A stretch of DNA of 64,000 bases from Pecten maximus (taxonomy: Eukaryota). A model generated the notes under the pieces. It had not been told where the DNA came from. It was given only the letters and a program-made list of their open reading frames with translations, and ran no database searches. The position numbers were made by a program, and so were the translations under genes. The stretch covers positions 31,310,001 through 31,374,000 of the forward strand of contig NC_047016.1 of the NCBI RefSeq assembly GCF_902652985.1, in the 5' to 3' direction. The number at the start of each line of letters is the position of its first letter. Position 1 is the stretch's first letter. Positions 14,235 through 25,537 of this stretch are shown piece by piece.

Positions 14235-15622
14235 ATATCACGATTCTAAAGACAAACAGAAAATATAGAGATAATAACTATAACCCAGAAACAACAACAG
14301 TAAATATAGAGATAATATGTATAATCTAGATACAAATAACAGAAAATCTAGGGATAGTAATTATAATGTAGATACAAAAAAAAAAAAAAAAACACGAAAA
14401 AATAAAGATAATAATCTAGGGTCAAACAACAGATTATATAGAGATAATTATGATAACCTAGGGACAAACAACAGTTTATATAGATATACTAATTGTAACC
14501 TAGACACAAACAACAGTTTATATAGAGATAATAATTATAATCTTGAGACAAACAACAGTTTATATAGATATACTAATTGTAACCTAGAGACACACAACAG
14601 TTTATATAGAGATCATAATTATAATCTTGAGACAAACAACAGTTTATATAGAGATAATTATGATAACCTAGAGACAAACAACAGTTTATATAGAGATAAT
14701 TATGATAACCTAGAGACAAACAACAGTTTATATAGAGATAATAATTATAATCTTGAGACAAACAACAGTTTATATAGATATACTAATTGTAACCTAGAGA
14801 CAAACAACAGTTTATATAGAGATAATAATTATAATCTTGAGACAAACAACAGTTTATATAGAGATAATTATGATAACCTAGAGACAAACAACAGTTTATA
14901 TAGAGATGATTATGATAACCTATAGGGACAAACAACAGTTTATATAGAGATAATAATTCTAATCAAGATACATAACAGTTTATATTGAGATAATAATTAT
15001 AATCTTGAGACAAACAACAGTTTATATAGAGTTGATTATGATAACCTAAAGGGACAAACAACAGTTTATATAGAGATCATAATTATAATCTTGAGACAAA
15101 CAACAGTTTATATAGAGATAATAATTATTACTTAGAGACAAACAGCAGATTATATAGAGATAATATTTATTATTTAGAGACAAACAGCAGATTATATAGA
15201 GATAATAATTATAATCTAGATACAAACAACAGATTATAGAGAGCTAATGATTATTACTTAGAGACAAATAGCAGATTATATAGAGATAATAATTATAATC
15301 TAGAGACAAACAACAGATTATATAGAAATAATAGTTATAATCTAGAGACAAACAACAGAAATATAGAGATAACAATAAAAACTTGAGACAAACAACATAT
15401 TATTTAATCATAATTATTACAACCTAGGGACAAACAGCAGATTATACAGAGATAATGATTTTTATCTAGAGACAAACAACATATTATATAAAGATAATAA
15501 TTTTAACCTAGAGAATAACAACAGATTATATAGAGATGATAATTATAATCTAGAGACAAAAAACAGTTGTATAGAGATAATTATAATTTGAAGGTAAACA
15601 ACAGAAAATTTAGAGCTGATAA
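14235..15622. repeat. Minisatellite, 42-bp unit GAGACAAACAACAGTTTATATAGAGATAATAATTATAATCTT
   Basis: Visible periodicity; ORF 14317-14925 is the 14-aa repeat ETNNSLYRDNNYNL. Confidence 0.95.
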
Positions 15623-15625
15623 TCT

Positions 15626-15812
15626 CATACTATACCAATTACTTTACGAATTAATCATAAAAACGCGCAGTTACATATCCCGGCATCTGGATTATAATGG
15701 AGCCGCTGTTTGAGCTCAAACGACTGTATGTGTCAGTGGTTTTGGGAGGTTTTGGCATGCTTACAGAAGAAATAATATGTCTTTATTAAACGGTCATTTC
15801 TCTGTCAACCTT
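15626..15812 (+). repeat. ~190-bp dispersed direct repeat, copy 2
   Basis: Colinear with 13506-13694, with several substitutions and small indels. Confidence 0.92.
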
Positions 15813-16100
15813 TTGTGTAGCAGACTTTAACCCCTTTTGGTATCAAACCCAGAAAACAATTGAATGATATATATATATTTATAATCAAGATGCATCATAT
15901 TATAAGGTAGGTAAAGAATTCATTTCGGCGTTCATTTTAGCAGAGTGGGGGGGGGGGGGGGGGGGGGGGGGGGTGTATTTTTTATTTTTTACTTTGGATG
16001 ATATTACAATGAGAGATAATACTAGATAAATGAGTTGACATAGTTAAAGTAGAAGGCTGTTTCTTTTACAAGTACGGGCTTGGCACAATTCATATCTCAC

Positions 16101-16138
16101 GGTCCATATCTATATATATATATATATAGATATGGACC
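16101..16138. repeat. Perfect 38-bp palindrome GGTCCATATC(TA)9GATATGGACC
   Basis: The sequence equals its own reverse complement. Confidence 0.95.
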
Positions 16139-17189
16139 ATGGGTTGGGGATTCAAGTCTGTGTAAAGTTAGCGGCCAAAGGCTATAACAAATTTTTCCAC
16201 ATCCTCATAGTTAGTGTAATGAGATAAGTATATGTATCTCGCTAATTCTTATACATTTAGGCGCATGCGAGTTAAACGTTCTATTTAACGAAAGAGCGTA
16301 ACTGCGTGAACATCCGGTGACTGACGAACCAGATACCTGTCCATGTGTGTTTGTCATCACCGAGCGCCAAATCAGAGGGAGGATAGTATATACGACCTAC
16401 AGGTCGACCACATCTATCTACACATCTCGTACATTCATCTTAACTCGTATTTATCGTACACGATGTATGAAATACTAAAATGAAGCATTAAATAAGTCTA
16501 TTGACCAGAAAGAATTACCCATAATCCCGATTGGTTGCGTTGGTATTTATGTAACAAGCAGCACGAATGTTAATCAAGATGGCGCCGACCAATCAAGTTA
16601 TAATACACGGATGGCGCACATCAACCTTCAGGCACTGACACCACGCGAGCTAGTCTTCTCGAGTTGATATGCCAAACATTTACGGAATTAATAACATTTG
16701 CCAAAACAATTTTTTGTTGAGAAATTGACATCAATAGGTGTAAGAGTCATCAATTCTGTAGTGTAAAACTCTCGTCTGCTCGCGGGGATGTGAATTCGCG
16801 CCATATTCCAGGGACGAATTCAATTGTTTTTGTTTACAATCTCAGTGCTTTGATTGTTTTCCCTGTGGAGGGGTCGGAACGAGGGTGAAGATAGGGGATG
16901 ATATATATAAATAAGTTTCGGTCTTTGTATGCAAGCACCTAAAGGACGGTTATGATCGAGGGAGGAGGTGGTTAGGTAAGGAAGGATGGGTACAAATATA
17001 TCCCAATGGGTTTGGCACTCTGTCAACACAAATAGTGTTAGGCAGGCCTCAGTCGCGTGCACAAGATATTTATATACGTGGTAGTAGTACAGAGACGATA
17101 TGTTGGCCCCATCTCCGTCTCATTATCACAATATAGGAGGAAAAGTACAATCAACCATTTATTATGTATTTAAACACTAAAATATAAAC

Positions 17190-18150
17190 TCAGGGTTGTA
17201 TATTTCAACTTCTTTCTGTCCAAACAGTACAAACCCGGGGTTGTTCATTTCAACTGCTTACTGTCCAAACAGTGCAAACCCGGAGTTGTACATTTCAACT
17301 GCTTACTGTCCAAACAGTGCGAATCCGGAGTTGTACATTTCAACTGCTTACTGTCCAAACAGTGCAAATCCGGAGTTGTACCTTTCAACTGCTTACTGTC
17401 CAAACAGTGCGAACCCGGAGTTGTACATTTCAAATCCTTACTGTCCAAACAGTGCAAATCCGGAGTTGTACATTTCAACTGCTTACTGTCCAAACAGTGC
17501 AAATCCGGAGTTGTACATTTCAACTGCTTACTGTCCAAACAGTGCAAACCCGGAGTTGTACATTTCAACTTCTTACTGTCCAAACAGTGCAAATCCGGAG
17601 TTGTACATTTCAACTGCTTACTGTCCAAACAGTGCGAACCCGGAGTTGTACATTTCAAATCCTTACTGTCCAAACAGTTCAAACCAAGAGTTGTACATTT
17701 CAAGCCCATAACTGTACATTTCAAACACATAGTTGCACATTTTAACCCGTAGTTGTGCATTTCAAACCCAGAATTGTATAATTCAAACCCCTAGTTGTAC
17801 ATTTCAAACCAATAATTATACATTTCAAACACATAGTTGTACATTTTAACCCATAGTTGTACGTTCATCTCCATACTGTCCAAACAGTGCAAACCAAGAG
17901 TTGGTCATTTCAAATCCCTAATTGTACATTTCAACCCCCCCACCTGTACATTTCAAACCCCTAATCGTACATTTTAAACCCCTAGTTGTACCTTTCAAAC
18001 ACATACTTGTACATTTCAAACCCCTAGTTGTACATTTCAAACCCGGAATTGTACATTTCAAACCCAGAATTGTACGTTCAACTCCATACTGTCCAAACAG
18101 TACAAACCCAGAGTTGAACCAACAATTAAAACCCACATTTGTACATTTGT
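17190..18150. repeat. Minisatellite, 45-bp unit (17190-17700) grading into a related ~21-bp unit (17700-18150)
   Basis: CGGAGTTGTAC recurs every 45 bp. Downstream units AGTTGTACATTTCAAACCCCT share the TTGTACATTTCAA core. Confidence 0.95.
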
Positions 18151-19759
18151 AATCTAAAACCCTTTCTGTCCTTTTCTATACCTTTAACCTTTACCAATTA
18201 ACACAAGTGTACAATATAACCATCAAAACGTAATAACAGTTGTATATTTTTGACCCCAGGAAAACGCATTCAGAGTGATATATTTTAACCCATTTCTCTC
18301 ATCTTACAGCTATGTGATAAATAACAGCGTTCAGTATTCCTCGATGTTGATTGAATAGACAAAATCTATCCCGTTGTCACTTTATGGGAGTCGCATAACC
18401 TAGAAAGTCTGGCGGGTAATGGCACGATGGATGAAAAGACGCTTTCCCTTCCGGCACTCATGATTTTATTGTCTTTGTATTTTTTTAAGTGGCGTCATGT
18501 AAATATTTCCTTTCGTTCGTACCTAGCCATGGTATCATCGGATCTGCTGAGTTCAAGTCACAATTGTGTTTACAAATTGATTGTGTCTTTTCCATTGTTG
18601 ATCTATTGCCAGTATAACAGTTATAGTTAGTCTGTTAAAATCCTTTGTTTTGACCTAATTTCTTATGCTTTTGCATTTACGATAGTAAAAGGCCTTGTCA
18701 TATAGATATTGTTATACTTTAGGAGATTACAGATTTACAGTAGTAAACACATAAAGGCTGCTGTGAATTTATTACATTTTTAATCGGAATACACGAAATG
18801 GTTAATGAAGAAGATCTTTTTCAATCGACGAATGTTCTAAATTGTGAGATAAGAATGACTTTCATCGCTGTTGAACATACCTCCTAGACATTTTCAATGG
18901 TTTATAAAGAAAGCTTTAAATTTGTGGGCTTGGCATCGTGAATGAGTACTAGCGGTAACAGAGTGGATCGCATTCTAAAAATAAAACTGTAGATTACAGA
19001 GTTATAAGTCTAAGTGATATTTATGTATGTGTCTGTTTTTCCAACGATCCACTGCAGGCTTGGCTGTACATTGTGTTGATGGACGAGTTTTAAATAGATG
19101 TGTTACCGATACTGACGTCATCATTCGTTCGCCTGATTTCGAATCTGAAATGGACCTATATAAACGCAGATTTCTGTAAGAGAGGATTATGTATTTCATT
19201 CTGGAATTTAACAAAATGCATTTACATTATCATGAATGATCACTTTATTACATCGAACTTATCCCAGGCAACTTTTCTTTCGTGGATTCAAGATATTCTT
19301 GGGTACGTCACCTAAAGAAATGGTGGACTTAGATTTCAACTTACTTCGTTATACAGTGTATCTATTTTCGTTAGGCTTTATGCACTGCGTTTGTGAACAG
19401 CATATTATATAAATTAAATATTAGATACAGTACTAGATACAGTATATGTAAAGTTAACTGAAAATAAAACTGTATCATTTATCAGTTTTGTCCATCTCGG
19501 ACTCTTGAGTGATGTGTTTATTTTATGTTTACGTTCATCTTGACGATTGATTAATGGTATCTGGGTGATTTTTACTAATAGGATGTTTTGTCGATATTCC
19601 ATGTTATCCGATATATAGATAAAGATGCATTCGTTATATAGATATTACAATTATTCTAAACAGTACATTTTTCATCATTACAGATACGAAGATGCCCTAG
19701 TTTTGTGTGAATGGCCTTAAGGCCTTCACCATGTTAACGCTGGCCTGAGGTCGGAGCGG

Positions 19760-22700
19760 ATGAGCCATAGTCACGGAGAATCAAGCCATTCCCGCGCTTC
19801 CGAATCGCCCGCACTTAACCCAGCCTCAAGCGACCGTAGCCTTACGCCAACTGATGATGCCAACAATCCAGTCAGTGAAGTCCTGTTTTGCAGCTCAGCC
19901 GCTATCTTCAATCCTAAAATTGAAAAAGCTTACCGCAATGAAACCAATCGACCACCACGACTTGCCACACCTCTCAGGCTCGTAACGCTTCCAGAGGACC
20001 AGCCGATACCCCAGAGCAAACCCGGTCGTGCGCCAAACACTTCCAACCCACGCAACCCCGTCGAAGGAAGCAACATGGGTAACATATTTGGAAGCAAGAA
20101 AAAGAAAAAGAAAAATGCACAGAAGGAAGACGATGAGGAGATATGGAAAAAGATGGGCGCGAACGATTCTTCTACTTCGCTGCCACCTGATGCAAAGAAG
20201 AAAAACAAGAAAAAGAAAGCTAAGAAATCGAAACGTGTGGAATCCCCCTCGCCGCCAAGAGGAGGGGATGGGTCACTCAAAGGGAAGGACCCCAAACGAT
20301 ACGCAATGTACGAGCCGCAGTCAAATTCGAAGGATCCTCAGACACATGCCGTCAGGTCACGCACTCTCCCGGCACGAGTCGATCCTTCGGAATTTCGTAA
20401 AAGTATCGGCGATCCAATGGACTTCCGAATGGCAGACGATGTGTCTCCTGCTGGAAGTCCAGGTTATGCGACGCCGGAAACAGCAACACCGCCCGTTCAA
20501 AAGTCACCTGGTCCTATCTACAAGAAAATCAACGTCAACCGTGAGAGAAAGACTAAAGACAGAAGCTTACCTGATACGCCGAAAATGAATAACAAAGACA
20601 CTGCTTCACAACCAGTTGATTCAAAAACCGGTAAAGTAGCAGAAATGAAGAAGCAGCATTCGGTCCCAACTCCAGGAACTGGAAGTCCGAGACCGAGGGG
20701 ATATATCTTGCCATCCCCACCGAGTCGGCCCAAATTTTATGCGACAGAACCTGGATCAGCGAGTCCAAAATTATTAAGAGTCCAACCACAGAAACCGGTG
20801 ACGTTGAACTCTAGTAGTGATGACTCCAGTTACTCCAACAAGGACAAATTGGCGGCTCTACGTGCAAATTCCAAACCAAGAAACATGCCTCGTTCAGATC
20901 AAGCAAAGAATAACAATAGAAAAGATGTGCATGGCATTCATGTAGGAGACCCCGGCCAGGAAAGTTCGCAGGTCGACCAACAAAACCGATTAGAAGCCTT
21001 TGATATTGCTATGCAAAAAGAAAATGAGGAAAATGAACGGAACTTGAAACGAGAAGAACGCCGTAAAAAGGCGGCAGTTGCAGACATGCAAGCTGCACCA
21101 AACCTCGAGGAATGTCAAAAGATTAAAGAAACTGTAGTCGAGGCAGTTGAATCTCGTATCACCGAATCAGAGAAACACGAAGTTACATCCGGGCCTAAAG
21201 TAGCTATTCTTTCGACTATTCCTCCTCCCGAGAAAGCTGTTTTGTCACATGTACCTCCTCCTAGTCCATCGGCCATGGACGCGTTATGTGAGGAAAATGA
21301 AGATGATGATTTGGATGATGAAAATGCCGATGACGATGATGACAGTGACAATCATGTGACGTATAGGAGAAGCAAAGAGGTCGAGGAATTCGGTGGGATT
21401 GTTTGTCAACGTCTGTCTCAGTTACTAGAGAGTCAGGATGACGGTACACTTAAGTTACAGTTCATCGAGTCAAATGACCCTTCTTCGTCATTATCGCCAG
21501 CTAGTCCATGCATGGTTATGAGTGGCGGAAGTGACCTAGACAGGGAACGAATGGAAGATGCAGGTCTCGGTTATTCAAGTATGTCTCCGCCGATGGAGAC
21601 AGAAAATGTGTATAAAGAGAAGTCGATTCCAAAAAAACTATTGTGTGTGGAGATGACGAAACCGTCGACTTTCTCTCAAAGACTAGAACGATCCTCCATA
21701 TCCACCAGATCAACTCAGGGAAGCAATTCAGCATCGGACTTGGATGGGAGGGTCAATTATCGTGATTCGAAATCGCCCAGATCTCGGGATTTTATAAGAG
21801 ATCGTCGTGAAAATGAAAGTGAAATCAGTTCGTCGGAAGAGGAGAGTTCCTATACCAGTGATTCCGAGTACTCGTCTCGTGGCTATGATGAGAAGCGTGA
21901 CCACGTGACTAGTTACAGAGAAAATGAATATTCAATACCTTGGGATTTACATCGATTTCCGCGTAGCGCGAGCTATACATCCGACGGTCTCGATATGTCG
22001 GACAGTGATCTATTCTATGAACATGAAGTTAGAAATAAACCCGATCATGCTCAAATTGCGCATGTCCAGAGAAATGCTAGACATGGCCGTAAAATGAGAG
22101 AGCAAGATATATCGGACTGCGATGACATGTCCGACGGTAGGTGGGTCGAGTATCCGCAAGAAAAATATCAAAAGGATTCACGTTTAAACAAAAGTCGGCA
22201 GGTTTCCGTAGAGGAGCTCCGAATAGAGCCAATTAGTGTTAAAAGACAACTATTTGCGCTGCCTACGCACTTATATGAAAATGACGCCAAGAACGAAATA
22301 GAGGAGCCTGAAATAAAACCGTCCTTCATATCTAGTGAAAATACATCTTCTCATATTCCAAAAAGAGGTTCAGAAATGATGAGTGACGTTATAGATGCAT
22401 ATACATCAGAGGAAATGGCTGTTACGAAACGAAAAGCACCAATTGTGCCTCCGAAACGTCAATCAACGTTAAGTGAGGAGATATTAATAGAACAGCCGTC
22501 AAATCCGTCCGCACTCGATAAATCGTTAAAGAAAATATTTAGCCAGGATGACGAAATAGAGGAAAGATACCCAGAGTTAGCTCCCCTGCATTCCCTTATA
22601 TTGGGTGTTGAAGAGGGAGGCACTCCGTCTGTGGAGCCGTTTTTTGAATTTCGACCTGGTCAGCTCCCGACGTTCACCCGCGTACCGTTAGGATCCCGAA

Positions 22701-23389
22701 GATCTCTCGCTTATTCGGAATCCGATCTAGACATGTCTGAACAGCGAGATGACATCAGCTCCGACAACATGGACGCGGATGACGAAGACGACGAAGAGGG
22801 AGGGATAGTGATGCTGGATAGGAGAGATTTGGATGACGAGGAGGTTGTGTACGGAAGGACGTACGGAGATGTAAACAGGCGCGTGGAGGTCAAAGTAAGT
22901 CAGAAAGTGTTGAACACTGCATTCCGGGAGAGTGACGATAACGATAGCGTTTTCCTCGACGAGGACGACTCTGATGTCGGCCGACGTAAACCGAAGAAAG
23001 CATGGGCGCCGCATAAATTCGACATTCCTCCTCCCCCTCCCGAGTTTGATTTACCACCCCCATCCCCACAACCTCCACCTCCTCCCTCTCCCTCACCTTC
23101 ACCACAGCACGTGGCCCAACCTCCCAACCTGGATCTGGCCTCCACATACTACGCTATCGGACCACCCGCTCAGGTGGGAGGCGTGGCGTTTGATGATGCT
23201 AGAAAACAAATGGAAGACATACATATGCAGTTACAGACTCTCAGAGATCAAATGGTCCACATGGAGAAGGACACCCCGGAGTCACCAAGGTCAAAAAAGT
23301 CACAAAGGTCAGCGGGGTCAGCGGGGTCAGCGGGGTCAGTGGGGTCGCATCGTGAAGCGAATACAGCAAGAACAACGTTGACAGACTAA
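19760..23389 (+). CDS. Uncharacterised 1209-aa Ser/Pro/Asp/Glu/Lys-rich, largely disordered protein (putative membrane-anchored scaffold), single coding exon; alternative start Met106 at 20075
   Basis: 3.6-kb uninterrupted non-repetitive ORF, more GC-rich than its flanks. Acceptor TTTTTCATCATTACAG ends at 19683 and donor-like AAG|GTACC lies at 23390/23391. No globular domain is recognised. Confidence 0.9.
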   Translation: MSHSHGESSHSRASESPALNPASSDRSLTPTDDANNPVSEVLFCSSAAIFNPKIEKAYRNETNRPPRLATPLRLVTLPEDQPIPQSKPGRAPNTSNPRNPVEGSNMGNIFGSKKKKKKNAQKEDDEEIWKKMGANDSSTSLPPDAKKKNKKKKAKKSKRVESPSPPRGGDGSLKGKDPKRYAMYEPQSNSKDPQTHAVRSRTLPARVDPSEFRKSIGDPMDFRMADDVSPAGSPGYATPETATPPVQKSPGPIYKKINVNRERKTKDRSLPDTPKMNNKDTASQPVDSKTGKVAEMKKQHSVPTPGTGSPRPRGYILPSPPSRPKFYATEPGSASPKLLRVQPQKPVTLNSSSDDSSYSNKDKLAALRANSKPRNMPRSDQAKNNNRKDVHGIHVGDPGQESSQVDQQNRLEAFDIAMQKENEENERNLKREERRKKAAVADMQAAPNLEECQKIKETVVEAVESRITESEKHEVTSGPKVAILSTIPPPEKAVLSHVPPPSPSAMDALCEENEDDDLDDENADDDDDSDNHVTYRRSKEVEEFGGIVCQRLSQLLESQDDGTLKLQFIESNDPSSSLSPASPCMVMSGGSDLDRERMEDAGLGYSSMSPPMETENVYKEKSIPKKLLCVEMTKPSTFSQRLERSSISTRSTQGSNSASDLDGRVNYRDSKSPRSRDFIRDRRENESEISSSEEESSYTSDSEYSSRGYDEKRDHVTSYRENEYSIPWDLHRFPRSASYTSDGLDMSDSDLFYEHEVRNKPDHAQIAHVQRNARHGRKMREQDISDCDDMSDGRWVEYPQEKYQKDSRLNKSRQVSVEELRIEPISVKRQLFALPTHLYENDAKNEIEEPEIKPSFISSENTSSHIPKRGSEMMSDVIDAYTSEEMAVTKRKAPIVPPKRQSTLSEEILIEQPSNPSALDKSLKKIFSQDDEIEERYPELAPLHSLILGVEEGGTPSVEPFFEFRPGQLPTFTRVPLGSRRSLAYSESDLDMSEQRDDISSDNMDADDEDDEEGGIVMLDRRDLDDEEVVYGRTYGDVNRRVEVKVSQKVLNTAFRESDDNDSVFLDEDDSDVGRRKPKKAWAPHKFDIPPPPPEFDLPPPSPQPPPPPSPSPSPQHVAQPPNLDLASTYYAIGPPAQVGGVAFDDARKQMEDIHMQLQTLRDQMVHMEKDTPESPRSKKSQRSAGSAGSAGSVGSHREANTARTTLTD

Positions 23390-24043
23390 GGTACCACTAA
23401 GGGGGGGGGGGGGGGGATACTTTTAGTGAGGTTTTTCTGATTTTTCTTTACATAAAAGAATTTATTTTTAATTACATATTTTCAGAATAATGACAAACGC
23501 AATATGTATGATTTGGTCGGTGATATGACTACCAGAAGATAGACATAAATTGGTCCAAGTCAGTCAACATTTTGGATATGCGTAGATGATATCTTACAGA
23601 TACTGCTTACACGATATGTCAAAGGTACAATGGAAAGAATACACGCGCGATGCATGAGCCTTTCCTGTCTATTCCTACCTATATATAAAGAACCTTTATA
23701 TATACACACGTTATAACATTAACACATAACTGTACTATATCATCACGTTTTCACCTATATAACTTATGACGTCATACTGTCATGGTAAAGCATGTACATA
23801 TATAACCATGGTATAACATTGTACACCGACTCATCACAACTACAGTTTTATATGTTAATGGCCTCGATAACATCTTTCTATTTTTACGATATAGCATTTT
23901 TGTCCTGCTACTGGCATCCGCATTGTCGAAATACACCCACCTCGTACATTTTGGCTGTATTCGGCAATGACAGAAAATAGTGGTATCTTAGAATCTAAGC
24001 ACGTGCGTACCGTTTAACTTTAAAATGCTTTTTGCAGAATAAA

Positions 24044-24170
24044 TAGAATACATGGTCAGTGTCTTAAACTATAAGCTGTATTTATTGCTCAAGACAGAAA
24101 GTCAAAAGTTATTCCTTTATCCTCGCCAAAATACAGCTTATATTTAAAGACACTAACCATGATTTTTCTA
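24044..24170. mobile_element. ~125-bp hairpin MITE-like element
   Basis: CATGGTCAGTGTCTTAAACTATAAGCTGTATTT is nearly the reverse complement of AAATACAGCTTATATTTAAAGACACTAACCATG; TA at both ends. Confidence 0.7.
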
Positions 24171-24686
24171 TATACAGCCGAGGTATAATACTACGGTATA
24201 TCATTGATATAGATACGGTATAATACTACGGTATAGTATCTATAAATTTACAGTATAATACTATGGTATATCATTGATATAGATACGGTATAATACTACG
24301 GTATTTTATTAGTATAGTTACGGTATAATACTACGGTATATAATTGATGTAATTACGGTATAATACTACGATATTTTATTGCTATAGTTACGGTTTAATA
24401 CTACGATATTTTATTGGTATAGTTACGGTAAAATACTATGGTATATAATCGATATAGTTACGGTATAATACTACGGTATATAATCGATATAATTACGGTA
24501 TAATACTACGGTTTATTATTGATATAATTACGGTATAATACTAAGGTATATAATCGATATAATTACGGTATAATACTAGGGTATATTATTGATATAGTTA
24601 CGGTATAATACTACCGTATACAATTGATATAATTACGGTATAATACTACGGTATATTATTGATATAATTACGGTATAATACTACGG

Positions 24687-25537
24687 CAATCTAATTAAAA
24701 TTAGACTTGTGATTTGCGCTTCTCAACGATACACTACAATACAAGATCTAACGACACCCCGTAGGAGGTCATCTCAGGATGACCTTTGAGCTCAGCCAAT
24801 CAGCGCGTCGCCTTTGAAATTTTCGGTGTGGATTTCATTCTTCGGAAGCATAAATACTTACGTAACGTTCCCGAGGTATTCCGATGGTCGATAGCAACGG
24901 TAAACAACATGGCTTCACCCACCCCGCCTCACCGAGAACACTTCAACAAATGTAATTTACAAACGTGTGCTGCCTGTGAGNNNNNNNNNNNNNNNNNNNN
25001 NNNNNNNNNNNNNNNNNNNNNNNNNNNNNNNNNNNNNNNNNNNNNNNNNNNNNNNNNNNNNNNNNNNNNNNNNNNNNNNNNNNNNNNNNNNNNNNNNNNN
25101 NNNNNNNNNAATAGTTTGAAAGGGAATAACGTGTACGGTAACGGTTTTCGAAATCCAGTTGGGAACACAGTCCGTCCTGTCGACAAGGGAAGAGGCCTAA
25201 TCATTTTGTGTTCTTCTTTCAATGTAACGTCCAGAGGATAAGCAACCTTTTTTTATTATCGTAGCCATTTGATTAGTCTACCAATAATGTTTATCAAATT
25301 TTGCGTATTTCAAATCAAGCGCTAATTTGAGTCTTCAATACTAAGGAGACGCAACCGAAGGCTCGAATAAGGCTGTTTGTCATTGGTTGATTGACGACGT
25401 CATTGAACAGTTATCATTGGCTTATGTTAAAAACTCAAAGGTCATGCTGAGATGACCTCCTACGGGGTGTTGTTAGATCTTGTATTGCAGTGTATCGTAG
25501 AGGAACGGAAATTACAAGTCTAATTTTAATTAGATTG
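24687..25537. mobile_element. Non-autonomous DNA transposon with ~103-bp TIRs (CAATCTAATTAAAATTAGACTTGT...) inserted in the 35-bp satellite
   Basis: The left end 24687-24790 is the near-exact reverse complement of 25435-25537. Flanks AATACTACGG / AAAACTACGG may be a 10-bp TSD with one mismatch. Confidence 0.9.
24981..25109. other. Assembly gap (129 N)
   Basis: Run of N inside the TIR element, so the true element length is unknown. Confidence 1.

Noticed and set aside
14317-17760. Repeat-protein ORFs (14-aa and 15-aa periodic)
   Set aside because: Unit lengths of 42 and 45 bp are multiples of 3, so open frames arise trivially. There is no signal peptide or splice context.
19930-23381. Overlapping alternative-frame and antisense ORFs within the 1209-aa CDS
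   Set aside because: They are expected shadows of a long, more GC-rich, low-complexity coding exon and have no independent support.
24786-25241. ORFs spanning the N gap as a possible transposase
   Set aside because: They are open only because of the Ns, and the flanking translations show no DDE or other transposase motif.
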